This document shows, one piece after another, positions 1 through 13,112 of a stretch of 64,000 bases of DNA (positions are counted from its first letter, which is position 1; each line of letters begins with the position of its first letter). The notes beneath the pieces were generated by a model. The model was not told the DNA's origin, made no database searches, and saw only the letters and a program-made list of their open reading frames with translations. Origin of the DNA: Octopus vulgaris. Taxonomy: Eukaryota. The translations under genes were made by a program, and so were the position numbers. The stretch is from NCBI GenBank assembly GCA_951406725.2, contig OX597827.1:14012001-14076000 (forward strand), in the 5' to 3' direction.

Positions 1-139
1 GATCATGTGTGTACCACCCTAACCACAAAGACATATACCACAATATATATATACATATATATATATGTATGTGTGTGTATATATATATACACACACACAC
101 ATATATATATGCATATATGTATATACACACACACACACA

Positions 140-477
140 CATATATGTCTTGCAAACAACTTGCACATGCAAGTGCTACCAGTTAAAAGCTCCGTATACC
201 GGAAGCTAGCAAGTGTATGGGGTCATCAGGAGAGAATGCGTGCCATTTCGGGGCCTACCTCTTGACGGTATCAATGCACACCGCCCACCCCCCTCACTGA
301 TATGAGGCCCTGCTTGCTAGATCAGCTGGTTATGAAGAACTCAATATACTTCTACCCATCGCTCATGGTCTCTTTTTAACCAAATCCAGTGGCTAGCCTT
401 CTCCACTGAAGATTGGATATCAGTTATGGTGGTATTGGCTTTACAATGAGTTAAGCCTATCGATAACAACATATGTA
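140..477 (-). mobile_element. HERO-like (R2 superfamily) LINE 3' fragment
   Basis: TITDIQSSVEKASHWIWLKRDHERW resembles the HERO C-terminal A-E-K/R-ASxWLWLK/RR motif (recalled), followed by a 3'UTR. Confidence 0.5.
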
Positions 478-603
478 TACACACATAGCACACAAACACA
501 TACACACACATATATATGTATGTATTTATGTGTGTGTGTATGTATGTATGCATGTATGTATGTATATATGTATGTATATATATGTATGTATACACACACA
601 CAC

Positions 604-650
<47 letters not shown>

Positions 651-668
651 AATACATATATATAGGTA

Positions 669-721
<53 letters not shown>

Positions 722-1675
722 ACATGCATAAATACATATATATGTGTGTGTGTGTGTATATATATATATACATACATAGATACATATATATGTGTGTGTG
801 TGTATATATATATGTATGTATTCATGTATGTGTATATATATATATATATATATACGTATGTATGTATTTATATATATATAAATGTATATACAAATACATA
901 GGAGTGTGCATGCTTGTATATGTATTGCAGTATGCATACGAGTGTACTTTAAAAACCTCTGCTTGCATTTTTTCTCATATACATACCCACCACCCTATCA
1001 ATAGATTGGACGAAAAGGAGCAAAAATGAGTAAGCAACGAAAAAAAAAAAAACCCAAAAAAAAAACCCACGATGTATGCATCATAGCCGAGGTGGCAAGT
1101 AATCCTTACTGTTCCTCCTCCTCCTCCTCCTCCTCCTCCCGCTCCTCATCCTCCTCCACCCTTCTCTCCATTTATCTGCTTCGTCCCCTCTCCGTCGTTC
1201 CTTTGTACCACGTTTGCCACTGACATGCACAGCACAAGTTTCGTCCATGCAGTTGATTCTATAACTCTTATAAGACTATTTATAGAAACGGCCAATCGCA
1301 TTTTTATACAATATTGACTGACCAATGACTGTGTTCAAGAGTGTGATCAATAATGTTGGCACCGTACATCCCAGACTCTGTAGCATAAATTCTGACCAGT
1401 GTTATTATATTTTTCCTCTTTCGCCACAACTACCACCCGCATTTTTTTTTTTTTGGTGGCCGTTGTTGTTGTTGTTCTTCTTCTTCTTGTTGTTGTCATT
1501 TTCTCTGTTGTGTCTTTTTTTGCATTTATTTATTTATTTATTTATTTATTCATTTTTTTTGTTTTTGTTTTGTAAGAATTTGTTTGTGTTGAAAGAAAAT
1601 AGATTGCCATCACACTCGCTATGTTATTAACACTGGCACCAAATGTCTAAAATGCTTTGGTTATGATTGGATTAC

Positions 1676-4327
1676 ATGCACACACACACACACACACACA
1701 CACATCCTTGCACACATGCACACACTCATGCACACATGCACACACTCATGCACACATACACACACCAGGACCCATGTACATATACACACATATGCACACA
1801 CAGAGACTCATGCACACACGCAAACAAACATACACACACAAATTCACAGATCCATGCATACATACACACACACATCCTTGCACACATACACACACCAGGA
1901 CCCATGCACACATACTCACATACGCACACACAGAAACTCATGCACACACGCAAACATACACACACACATACTCACAGATCCATGCATACACACACACACA
2001 CACACGTCCTTGCATGCATGCACACATGCACACATACACACACCAGGACCAATGCACACATACACACATATGCACACACAGAAACTCATGCACACATGCA
2101 AACATACACACACATACACATCCTTGCACGCATGCACACACTCATGCACACATGCACACATACACACACCAGGACCCATGCACACATACTCACATATGCA
2201 CACACAGAAACTCATGCACACACGCAAACATACATACACATACTCACAGATCCATGCATACACACACACATCCTTGCACACATGCACACACTCATGCACA
2301 CATGCACACACTCATGCACACATACACACACCAGGACCCATGCATACATGCTCACATATGCACACACAGAAACTCATGCACACACGCAAACATACATACA
2401 CATACTCACAGATCCATGCATAATACACACACACATCCTTGCACACATGCACACATACGCACATACACACACCAGGACCCATGCACACATGCTCACATAT
2501 GCACACACAGAAACTCATGCACACACATACTCACAGATCCATGCATACACACACACACACATCCTTGCACACATGCACACACTCATGCACACATACACAC
2601 ATACACACATACACACACCAGGACACATGCACACATGCTCACATATGCACACACAGAAACTCATGCACACACATACTCACAGATCCATGCATACACACAC
2701 ACACACACATCCTTGCACACATGCACACATACACACACCATGCATATATGCCCACATATGCACACACAGAGACTCATGCACACACGCAAACATACACACA
2801 CATACAGATCCATGCATATACACACACACACACACATCCTTGCACACATGCACACACTCATGCACACATGCACACATACACACACCAGGACCCATGCACA
2901 CATGTTCACATATGCACACACAGAAACTCATGCACACACGCAAACATACACACACATACTCACAGATCCATGCACACGCACACACACACACCCTTGCACA
3001 CATGCACACATACACACACTTGCACACATACACACACCAGGACCCATGCACACATACACACATATGCACACACAGAAACTCATGCACACACGCAAACATA
3101 CACACACATATAGATCCATGCATACACACACACATATCCTTGCACACATGCTCACACTCATGCACACATGCACACATACACACACCAGGACCCATGCACA
3201 CATGTTCACATATGCACACACAGAAACTCATGCACACACGCAAACATACACACACAAACATACACACACACATCCTTGCACACATGCACACATACACACA
3301 CTAGGACCCATGCACACATACACACACCAGGACCCATGCACACATACTCACATATGCACACACAGAAACTCATGCACACACGCACACATACACACACATA
3401 CAGATCCATGCATATACACACACACACACACATCCTTGCACACATGCACACACTCATGCACACATGCACACATACACACACCAGGACCCATGCACACATG
3501 TTCACATATGCACACACAGAAACTCATGCACACACGCAAACATACACACACATACTCAAAGATCCATTCATACACACACGCACACACACACATCCTTGCA
3601 CACATGCACACATACACACACTAGGACCCATGCACACATACACACACCAGGACCCATGCACACATGCTCACATATGCACACACAGAAACTCATGCACACA
3701 CGCAAACATACACACACACACACATCCATGCATATACACACACACACACACATCCTTGCACACATGCACACACTCATACACATGCACACATACACACACC
3801 AGACCCATGCACACATACACACACTCACAGCAAACATACACACAACTCAAGGCACACACACACACACATGCACACATACACACACTAGGACCCATGCACA
3901 CATACACACACCAGGACCCATGCACACATACTCACATATGCACACACAGAAACTCATGCACACACGCAAACATACACACACATACAGATCCATGCATATA
4001 CACACACACACACACATCCTTGCACACATGCACACACTCATGCACATGCATGCACACATATGCACACACAGAAACTCATGCACACACGCAAACATACACA
4101 CACATACTCAAAGATCCATTCATACACACACGCACACACTTGCACACATGCACACATACACACACTAGGACCCATGCACACATACACACACCAGGACCCA
4201 TGCACACATGCTCACATATGCACACACAGAAACTCATGCACACACACAAACATACACACACATACTCACAGATCCATGCATACACACACACGAACAGACC
4301 CATACACATACACACACACATGCACAC
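1676..4327. repeat. CA-rich compound minisatellite
   Basis: Recurring modules ccaggacccatg / cagaaactcatg / cagatccatg / catccttgcac in a ~130-160 bp unit. Confidence 0.97.
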
Positions 4328-4934
4328 TCGTAAAACAATGAAAACAAAAAGTTAAAAACTGATATAAAATTGAAGATGAAATGGGCCAATTATACCCATC
4401 ATAAATGAATAAATGTTTGTCAATATAAACAAATAGGCAAACTTTTGATCTGTGAAAAACTATATATAATATATCTATAAACAATTCTTAAATAATGTAT
4501 TCTCACTCAATTGACGATATTGACATCCTTTATAGATAAATAATATCACCATAAAATATATTATTGTTATGGACTGCTGTGGGTTTCATGATCCTGCAAA
4601 TTTCATATCGCTATCAGCAGATCTTTTATTTTGGATTGTTTCAGATGATCGTATCAATGTTCCGCTCCATTGAACAATACATATCATTCAGGATGTAACT
4701 CACAATTTTATTGTCATTAATAACTAGATCAGACACGGTTGTGTGGTTAACAAGTTTGTTTTACAAATTTAGTGGTTTCGAGTTTGATTCCACCAGACAG
4801 TGTGCCTTAAGCAAGTGTCTTCTACTACAGGCTTGCATCAACCAATACATCATACATTTATATTTGCTGGATAGAAAGTCACCAGAGGGATTGGTTTTTG
4901 CTTAATTCTTTAGTATTTAGATTTCTTTGACAAA

Positions 4935-5232
4935 TGTTGTTTGTTCCTTCTTGATCCACGCCTGGCTCGTAGGGCCGGTTTCCCGGTTTCCTTGGCATAT
5001 AGGTTCCCCACCTGGATGGTCCGTCGCAGGTGAGCTGCAAGATGTAGGAGGAAAGAGTGAGAGAAAGTTGTGGCAAAAGAGTCAGCAGAAGTTTTGCTAT
5101 TACCTTCTGCCGGAGCCTCGTGGAGCTTAGGTGTTTCACTCATAAACACACACATCGCACAGTCTGGGATTCGAACCCGTGATCCCTCGACCGCGAGTCC
5201 ACTGCTCTAACCACTAGACCATGTGCCTCCAC
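4935..5232 (-). mobile_element. tRNA-derived SINE family D
   Basis: Head tggtctagtggttagagcagtggactcgcggtcgagggatcacgggttcgaatccc. Confidence 0.85.
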
Positions 5233-5831
5233 TTTGACAAATGTAATACTTATTTATTCACATTGTTTTGACTTAATCCTGCATTATTTTGTAGCTTTAA
5301 GATTTCAATAGTGTGTTTATTTATTTTTAGAATGACATTGTAGGGTAGGTGTGACAGGTTGGATCTGGTCAGTTCTAGCACAAAACAGGTAGAATATTTG
5401 GGGTGGATATGGTTGGTTTAAATGCTAAAGGGTTAATTTCTCATCCTTTATAACACAGGTACTTTAGCTGAATCTGATTTGTTACAAGCTTTTGAATCAG
5501 GTACCTAATCTCATCATCACCATCATCATTGTTTTAACATCCATTTTTTATATGCTTGCATGGGTTGGATGCAATTTGTCAAGGCGGATCTTTTATAATC
5601 AGATGTTCTTTCTGTTGCCAACCCTTATTTGGTTTGGAGTAAAGTAAATTTTTCCCTATGACCAGATATGTCTCCTTGTTTCCTTGGTAACGTTGAAACG
5701 AAGGGCATGCTCGTATGACTGAGAATTGTTTGTAATTATCATACATGGAAGTAAAAATGAAGAAACCCCTTCACACACACACACACACACATGTATGTAA
5801 GTGTGTGTGTGTGTGTGTGTATACACATATA

Positions 5832-6597
5832 TATATTAGAAGAAATGAAGTACTCAGAAATTCAGATGGTTTTATATTTACAGATATTTATTTGTATGGG
5901 TAAAGACCCCCTTCGGTCATGAATGACCATGGGATTGCACCTAAAAAGTTACCCTCCTAGACACAAGTCCGGGCAAGGTTGTTTACGGAAGGCCAGCAGT
6001 CGCCCATGCATACCGGCCTCCCCTCTCCACGCCACCAGTGTTATCCAAGGGAAAGGCAAAGGTCGATACAGCTTGGCACCTGTGACGTCGCAACTCATTT
6101 CTACAGCTGAGTGAACTGGAGCAACGTGAAATAAAGTGCTTTGCTCAAGAACACAACACGCAGCCCAGACCGGGATTTGAGCTCACAACCTCACGATCGT
6201 AAGCTCGATGCTCTAACCACTGAGCCATGTATATTACATGTTTTTATACATCATATAACATATATCATATATCATATATTAGCACTTTTGCCCATTCTAG
6301 TGGCGTTTTCAAATTGAACTCAGTTCTTGGAGAAAATTTGACTATTTTTATAGTGTTATTGAGTGTGTAGTGGTGGGGAGAGATATAAGATAGTACAAGA
6401 GAGTGTACTCTTGTACTATCTTAACTATAAAAATAGTCAAATTTTCCCCAAGAACTTAGTTCAGTTTCAAAACTCCACTAGAATGGACAAAAGCACTAAT
6501 ATATGATATATGATATATAAAAACATGTAACATACAAATAAATATCTGTAAATATAAAACCATCCGAATTTCTGAGTACCTCATTTCTTCTAATATA
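5832..6597. mobile_element. Fold-back element (probably PLE-derived) interrupted by a SINE
   Basis: Left arm 5832-5898 plus 6230-6354 is the reverse complement of 6424-6597; inner perfect 16-bp hairpin at 6386-6423. Confidence 0.75.
5899..6229 (-). mobile_element. tRNA-derived SINE family C
   Basis: Head catggctcagtggttagagcatcgagc...; homologous to 51155-51490(-); partial copies at 15430-15600 and 51845-51980. Confidence 0.85.
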
Positions 6598-6864
6598 AAA
6601 TACCGGTACACCATCTCCAAACCTTCAAACACACATATATATATATATATTTATATATTTGAAAGTCTTTGTGAAAATTACTTGATGCAGTTTTTAAGTA
6701 TAAAGGGGGATTTTTTTCAATTTATATTTTTTTTTAAAACTTATAAAATCATTTAACAGGATGTGACTAACATTTTCGGAAGAAGTTTTTTTTTCCTAGT
6801 GTGTGTTAGTACTTTCAATTTATCTTTTCAAATATATATGCTCTCCTTGTTTTTTTCTGTGTCC

Positions 6865-6900
6865 CTTTCTGTAGAAGAGCGTAGGCTCAAAATGTAAAAG
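6865..6900 (+). ncRNA. Degenerate copy of the same hammerhead-like motif
   Basis: CUUU-CUGUAGA-A-GAGC(GUAG)GCUC-AAAAUGUA-AAAG; GAAA mutated; flanks 6835-7000 are homologous to 32985-33160. Confidence 0.4.
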
Positions 6901-7212
6901 ACGTTTTCTATTCCTGAGCGTTATACTAATACATCTGCTTGTTTTGTACACCACCTGTCTTCGTCTTTTGTTTTTTTTGTAAACTCTCCCTGTAAATATA
7001 TATATATAAATCCACTGTTATCCTTAATGTTGAACTGTTATACAACCACTTCAGTATAGCAGTATAGTTTTTAGACCAGTAAAGACACAACTAGTCTTGT
7101 GAGGGAGTTCAATAGACAGGAACTGAAAAAGCCTGTTGTGTGAGTTTATTTATTTATTTATGTATTTATGTATGTATGTATGTATGTATGTATGTATGTA
7201 TGTATGTATGTA

Positions 7213-8128
7213 TCAATAATATAATTTAAGAACACTGAATTCAGGTTAACGAATAAGGATAGAGGCAGAGCTGTAAAAACCTGTAAATGCGGAGACCCTA
7301 AATTATGACCTTTGAAGGGATCATGTCTGACTACCAATGTGATTTATAAGTGTTTGAATAGGGTCTACATTAGTAGCACTGTTAATTTTAAGGCTAGATA
7401 CTGAGCCCATATAAATTCATTTTCTAATGAGAAATACTGTAATTTGACTACATTGGCCTCTTACATACATAGTTTTAAGGAAGGACAAAAGAATTTACAA
7501 TCTTGAATGGTCTGTGAGTTAAAAGCCCCCTTGTTTTAGTGCCAATATTAATAAATATGGGTTATGTATAAAGGAATCTCTCACCATTCTCAAAACTTTT
7601 GGACCTAAAACATCAAATAAGTTCACTGGGGTAATCCATTCCTATAACCATAAATTTTCTTCAACATTTTAAAAAAATATACAGGAGAAAGATTAAAGGT
7701 GTTAAATAGTATTATATTACTAGATTTTGAAACCATATATTTAAATTCATATGAATGGAAGCCCTGTAGTTTGTTTGCCATGTAATTAAATCTAAAAAAT
7801 AAGTTGTTTTTGTTGTATTTTTGGACTAATTTGGTTACATTTTATTTTATATACTTTTCATTTTAAATTTTTAGTTGATTTACTTACTGTAATAATCCTT
7901 TTTAGATAATCTTTAGTCGAGTTTTATATACATTTTCTGGGCAGTTCCTGTGTATTTTATATTCTTTTATATATGATTTTTGCTGGTGTTTGGTTTTTTT
8001 TTGGGGTTTTTTTTTTTCACATTTGAAAGTCATGGTATCATTTATATTGTAATGAAGTGTAGAAGTGTGGATATATAAAGTTCATTAACCTGAATTCAAT
8101 GTTTGTTCTTAAATTATATTATTGATTT
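7213..8128 (+). mobile_element. Degenerate Penelope-like element with GIY-YIG domain and inverted copy of its 3' end
   Basis: 7283-7670 reads CKCGDPKL*PLKGSCLTTNVIYKCLNRVYISSTVNFKARY*AHINSF...TTLASYI.../LEWSV...LCIKESLTILK...NKF, the PLE endonuclease pattern. 7213-7255 is an inverted copy of 8081-8128; flanks are (TATG)n and (CATA)n. Confidence 0.8.
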
Positions 8129-8293
8129 GTACATACATACGTACGCACATACATACATACATATGTACATACATACATGCATACATACATACATACATAC
8201 ATACATGCATACATACATACATACATGCATGCATACATACATACATACATAAATACATACATGCATACATACATACATACATGCATACATACA

Positions 8294-8327
<34 letters not shown>

Positions 8328-8927
8328 CATACATACATACATACGTGCGTACATACACACATACATACATACATACATACATACATACACACACTCACAC
8401 AACAGGCTTTTTCAGTTCTTGTCTACTGAATTCTTTCATAAGACTTTGGTTATCCCACAGCTAAAGAAGACACTTGCCCAAGGTGTCATGCAGTTGGACT
8501 AAATCTGAAGCCAAATGGTTGGGAAGCAAACTTCTTTGCCCCACAGTCATGCCTGCATCTCTTGTCTTATCTTTGGATAATAACTCTTCTCTTTCACTCC
8601 CTATTCGTAAAGGTCCTGAAAAAAGATTCATTTTCCTTTGACCAAACCATAAAGAAATAACACAAAAAACTTTTTATTTCATTTCACTACTAATTAGAAA
8701 TTATAAGACAACGTTAGACATAAATGCTAAAAGGGAGCACTGAACATAATGTAAATTATTGGTTTCAAATATTGGAACAAGGCCTACAATTTCAGCAGCA
8801 GGGATAAGTCAGTTACACTGACCCCTATTCAACTGGTACTTATTTTACTGACTCTGAAAGGATGAAAGATAAAGTTGACCTCAGTGGAATTTGAACTCAA
8901 AAGTAATGCCAAATAAAATGTCTTTAA

Positions 8928-9149
8928 CCCTTTCGATACCAACCCGGCTGAAACCGGCTCTGGCTCTGTTTTACAAATGTCTTGTTTTCATAAGTTTTGA
9001 ACTAAAATCTTCCACCAAACCTTAGTCACAATTTATGTTCCTAACACTAGCTTAATGATAACTAAGTTGTTTTACTAAATTCTTTGTTATATTTAAAATT
9101 AATTGAATGAAACACAGAGCATCTTAAAATAAATACGGTAACAAAAGGG
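8928..9149 (+). mobile_element. piggyBac-type MITE
   Basis: TTAA on both sides; 13-bp imperfect TIRs CCCTTTCGATACC / CCCTTTTGTTACC; splits a family-B SINE. Confidence 0.88.
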
Positions 9150-9834
9150 TTAAGCATTTTGTCTGGCCCAATTACAATTCTGCCACTTCAATATCTTACC
9201 ATGAAGAAATAGTGCCATCAAATCAAATTTGGTTTCAAAACTCACATCTTGGAGGTAGCTGTGTATATATTTTTATGTACTACTTGACAAAAGAGGCAGC
9301 CCCTATGCGATTGCTTAATATGCTAGAAATAGGAACCAAGTGAAAGTTTTCTCACATCATACACTAGTGTCTTTAAAGTAATTAAAAACACATTAGATAA
9401 TATTGTCCCTGGGTATACCATCTTAAAAACTGAGTATTAATAGCTGATCATGTCTCTAAACTTGGATATGTTTACTTGATAAAGGTGGCCTAGGGGCGAG
9501 ACAGCTATATTAACAACTACAATAATAAGCCTTTTGACTATAGGCACAAGGCCTGCAAGTTTGGGGAGGGGGTAAGTCAATCACATCAACCCCAGTTCTT
9601 GACAGGTACATAAAGTATTGACCCCAAGAGGATGAAAGGCAAAGTTGACCTCGGCAGAATTTGAACTCAGAACATAAAGACGAACGAAATACTGCTAAGC
9701 ATTTCACCCAGTGTGCTTACAATTCTGCCAGCTCACTGCCTTATACAACTACGATGATAATAACAAAACAGCAACCACATCTATGACTAAAAGTTTCAAG
9801 AAATTCATCATTCTCAAACAATCTAATCATGATA

Positions 9835-10242
9835 GGCGCAGGAGTGGCTGTGTGGTAAGTAGCTTGCTAACCAACCACATGGTTCCGGGTTCAGTCCCAC
9901 TGCATGGCATCTTGGGCAAGTGTCTTCTGCTATGGCCCCGGGCCAACCAATGCCTTGTGAGTGGATTTGGTAGACGGAAACTGAAAGAAGCCCGTCGTAT
10001 ATATGTATATATATATATGTGTATGTGTGTGTGTGTGTGTGTGTGTTTGTCCCCCTCGCATTGCTTGACAAACAATGCTGGTGTGTTTACGTCCCCGTCA
10101 CTTAGCAGTTCGGCAAAAGAGACCGATAGTATAAGAACTGGGTTTACAAAGAATAAGTCCCGGGGTCGATTTGCGCGACTAAAGGCGGTGCTTCAGCATG
10201 GCCGCAGTCAACTGACTGAAACAAGTAAAAGAGTAAAAAGAG
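9835..10242 (+). mobile_element. tRNA-derived SINE family A (internal TA/TG microsatellite, (GTAAAAGA)-type tail)
   Basis: ggcgcaggagtggctgtgtggt...ggttccgggttcagtccc head with A/B-box-like motifs; about 20 copies in the window. Confidence 0.9.
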
Positions 10243-10673
10243 TATCATCATCATCGTCATCATCATCGTTTAACATCCACTTTCCATGCTGGCGTAGGTT
10301 GGATGGTTTGACTGAGAACTGGCAGGCCGGGAGGCTGCACCAGGTTCCAACCTGACTTGGCAAGGTTTCAACAGCTGGATGCCCTTCCTAATGCCAACCA
10401 CTCCAAGAGTATAGTGGGTGACTTTTTACATGCCACTGGCACGGGTGCCAGTCAGGCACCACTGGCATCAGCCATACTGGAATGGTGCCTTTTACATAAA
10501 TCACTGGCACAGGTCCCCACTCAGGTGGCACTGGCATCGGCCATGCTCAAACGGTACTTTTTATGCGCCACCGACATGGGTGTCAGTCAGGCAGTGCATT
10601 TCCATATTTGTGAGATGAGGAATTTATATTATGTATAGAGTTTGTATTAGTTTGACTGGTGCCATCATCTTGA

Positions 10674-11082
10674 CTCTTTTACTCTTTTACTTGTTTCAGT
10701 CATTTGACTGCGGCCATGCTGGAGCACCGCCTTTTAGTCGAGCAAATCGACCCCAGGACTTATTCTTTGTAAGCCTAGTACTTATTCTATCGGTCTCATT
10801 TGCCAAACTGCTAAGTTCTAGGGATGTAAACACACCAGCATCGGTTGTCAAGCAATGCTGGGGGGGGGGACAAACACAAACACACAAACATATATACACA
10901 CACACATATATATACATACATATATATGACAGGCTTCTTTCAGTTTCCGTCTACCAAATCCACTCACAAGGCTTTGGTCGGCCCGAGGCTATAGTAGAAT
11001 ACACTTGCCCAAGGTGCCATGCAGTGGAACTGAACCTGGAACCACATGGTTCGGAAGCAAACTACTTACCACACAGCCACTC
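10674..11082 (-). mobile_element. SINE family A
   Basis: Reverse-complement copy. Confidence 0.9.
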
Positions 11083-11414
11083 TTTAATTTTATATCACAA
11101 TTTATAAACAACGTCATCACTAGATAAATTTTTCTTAGATATCATTCACTGCTTCACTCCATTCCTGATGGTGTTTGTAACTCAGTGCATAACAAATATC
11201 AGAAAACAGTTCCATCAAAGACCTCAAGTTTGTGTTTTCGTGCCAATGTTTACAATCTTTCCTATGCTTACTTTGGTAAAAACAATATACACACAAACAC
11301 ACATATGTATATGTAATCGTGTATTTATTCATCGTGGAAGGGTGTGTTTATATAGAGTAGATAAACAGGTGTAGATGGACAAAGAGAGAAGTATAAATAG
11401 ACAGAAAGAGATAG

Positions 11415-13112
11415 TCAGATATAGACGAGATTGACAGGAGAATAGACAGACAGATATAGATTAGATTGACAGAAGAATAGACAGGCAGATATAGACTAGA
11501 TTGACATAAGAATAGACAGACAGATATAGACTAGATTGACAGAAGAATAGACAGACAGATATAGACTAGATTGACAGAAGAATAGACAGACAGATATAGA
11601 CTAGATTGACAGAAGAATAGACAGACAGATATAGACTAGATTGACAGAAGAATAGACAGACAGATATAGACTAGATTGACAGAAGAATAGACAGGCAGAT
11701 TTAGACTAGATTGACAGAAGAATAGACAGACAGATATAGACTAGATTGACAGAAGAATAGACGGGCAGATATAGACTAGATTGACAGAAGAATAGACAGG
11801 CAGATATAGACTAGATTGACAGAAGAATAGACACACAGATATAGACTAGATTGACGGAAGAATAGACAGACAGATATAGAATAGATTGACAGAAGAATAG
11901 ACAGACAGATATAGACTAGATTGACGGAAGAATAGACAGACAGATATAGACTAGATTGATGGAAGAATAGACAGACAGATATAGACTAGATTGACAGAAG
12001 AATAGACAGGCAGATATAGACTAGATTGACGGAAGAATAGACAGACAGATATAGACTAGATTGACAGAAGAATAGACAGACAGATATAGACTAGATTGAC
12101 AGAAGAATAGACAGGCAGATATAGACTAGATTGACAGGAGAATAGACAGACAGATATAGACTAGATTGACGGAAGAATAGACAGACAGATATAGACTAGA
12201 TTGACAGAAGAATAGACAGACAGATATAGACTAGATTGACGGAAGAATAGTCAGAAGAATAGACAGGCAGATATAGACTAGATTGACAGAAGAATAGACA
12301 GATGGATATAGACTAGATTGACAGAAGAATAGACAGACAGATATAGACTAGATTGACGGAAGAATAGACAGACAGATATAGACTAGATTGACAGAAGAAT
12401 AGACAGACAGATATAGACTAGATTGACAGGAGAATAGACAGACAGATATAGATTAGATTGACGGAAGAATAGACAGACAGATATAGACTAGATTGACAGA
12501 AGAATAGACAGACAGATATAGACTAGATTGAAGGAAGAATAGACAGAAGAATAGACAGGCAGATATAGACAAGATTGACCGAAGAATAGACAGACGGATA
12601 TAGACTAGATTGACAGAAGAATAGACAGACAGATATAGACTAGATTGACGGAAGAATAGACAGACAGATATAGACTAGATTGACAGAAGAATAGACAGAA
12701 AGATATAAACTAGATTGACAGAAGAATAGACAGACAGATATAGACTAGATTGAAGGAAGAATAGACAGAAGAATAGACAGGCAGATATAGACAAGATTGA
12801 CCGAAGAATAGACAGACGGATATAGACTACATTGACAGAAGAATAGACAGACAGATATAGACTAGATTGACGGAAGAATAGACAGACAGATATAGACTAG
12901 ATTGACAGAAGAATAGACAGAAAGATATAGACTAGATTGACAGAAGAATAGACAGACAGATATAGACTAGATTGACAGAAGAATAGACAGAAAGATATAG
13001 ACTAGATTGACAGAAGAATAGACAGACAGATATAGACTAGATTGACAGAAGAATAGACAGACAGATATTGACTAGATTGACGGAAGAATAGACAGACAGA
13101 TATAGACAGTCA
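11415..13112. repeat. 35-bp satellite, ~48 units
   Basis: Unit gacagaagaatagacagacagatatagactagatt; period checked at 11466 and 11501. Confidence 0.98.

Noticed and set aside
960-1450. Slightly CpG-richer stretch with CCAAT boxes as a promoter
   Set aside because: The motifs are too short and common, and no linked exon was identified.
1657-4355. Long His/Thr-rich ORFs (up to 655 aa)
   Set aside because: They are translations of a CA minisatellite, open in all frames, with no gene signals.
11135-11277. Minus-strand ORF KHRKDCKHWHENTNLRSLMELFSDICYALSY... as a terminal exon
   Set aside because: Its phase does not fit the reconstructed chain and I recognise no homology; it cannot be excluded without RNA-seq.
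11415-13112. Regular 35-bp repeats as a CRISPR array
   Set aside because: Head-to-tail monomers with no unique spacers, no cas genes, eukaryotic context; the same applies to 19330-20330.
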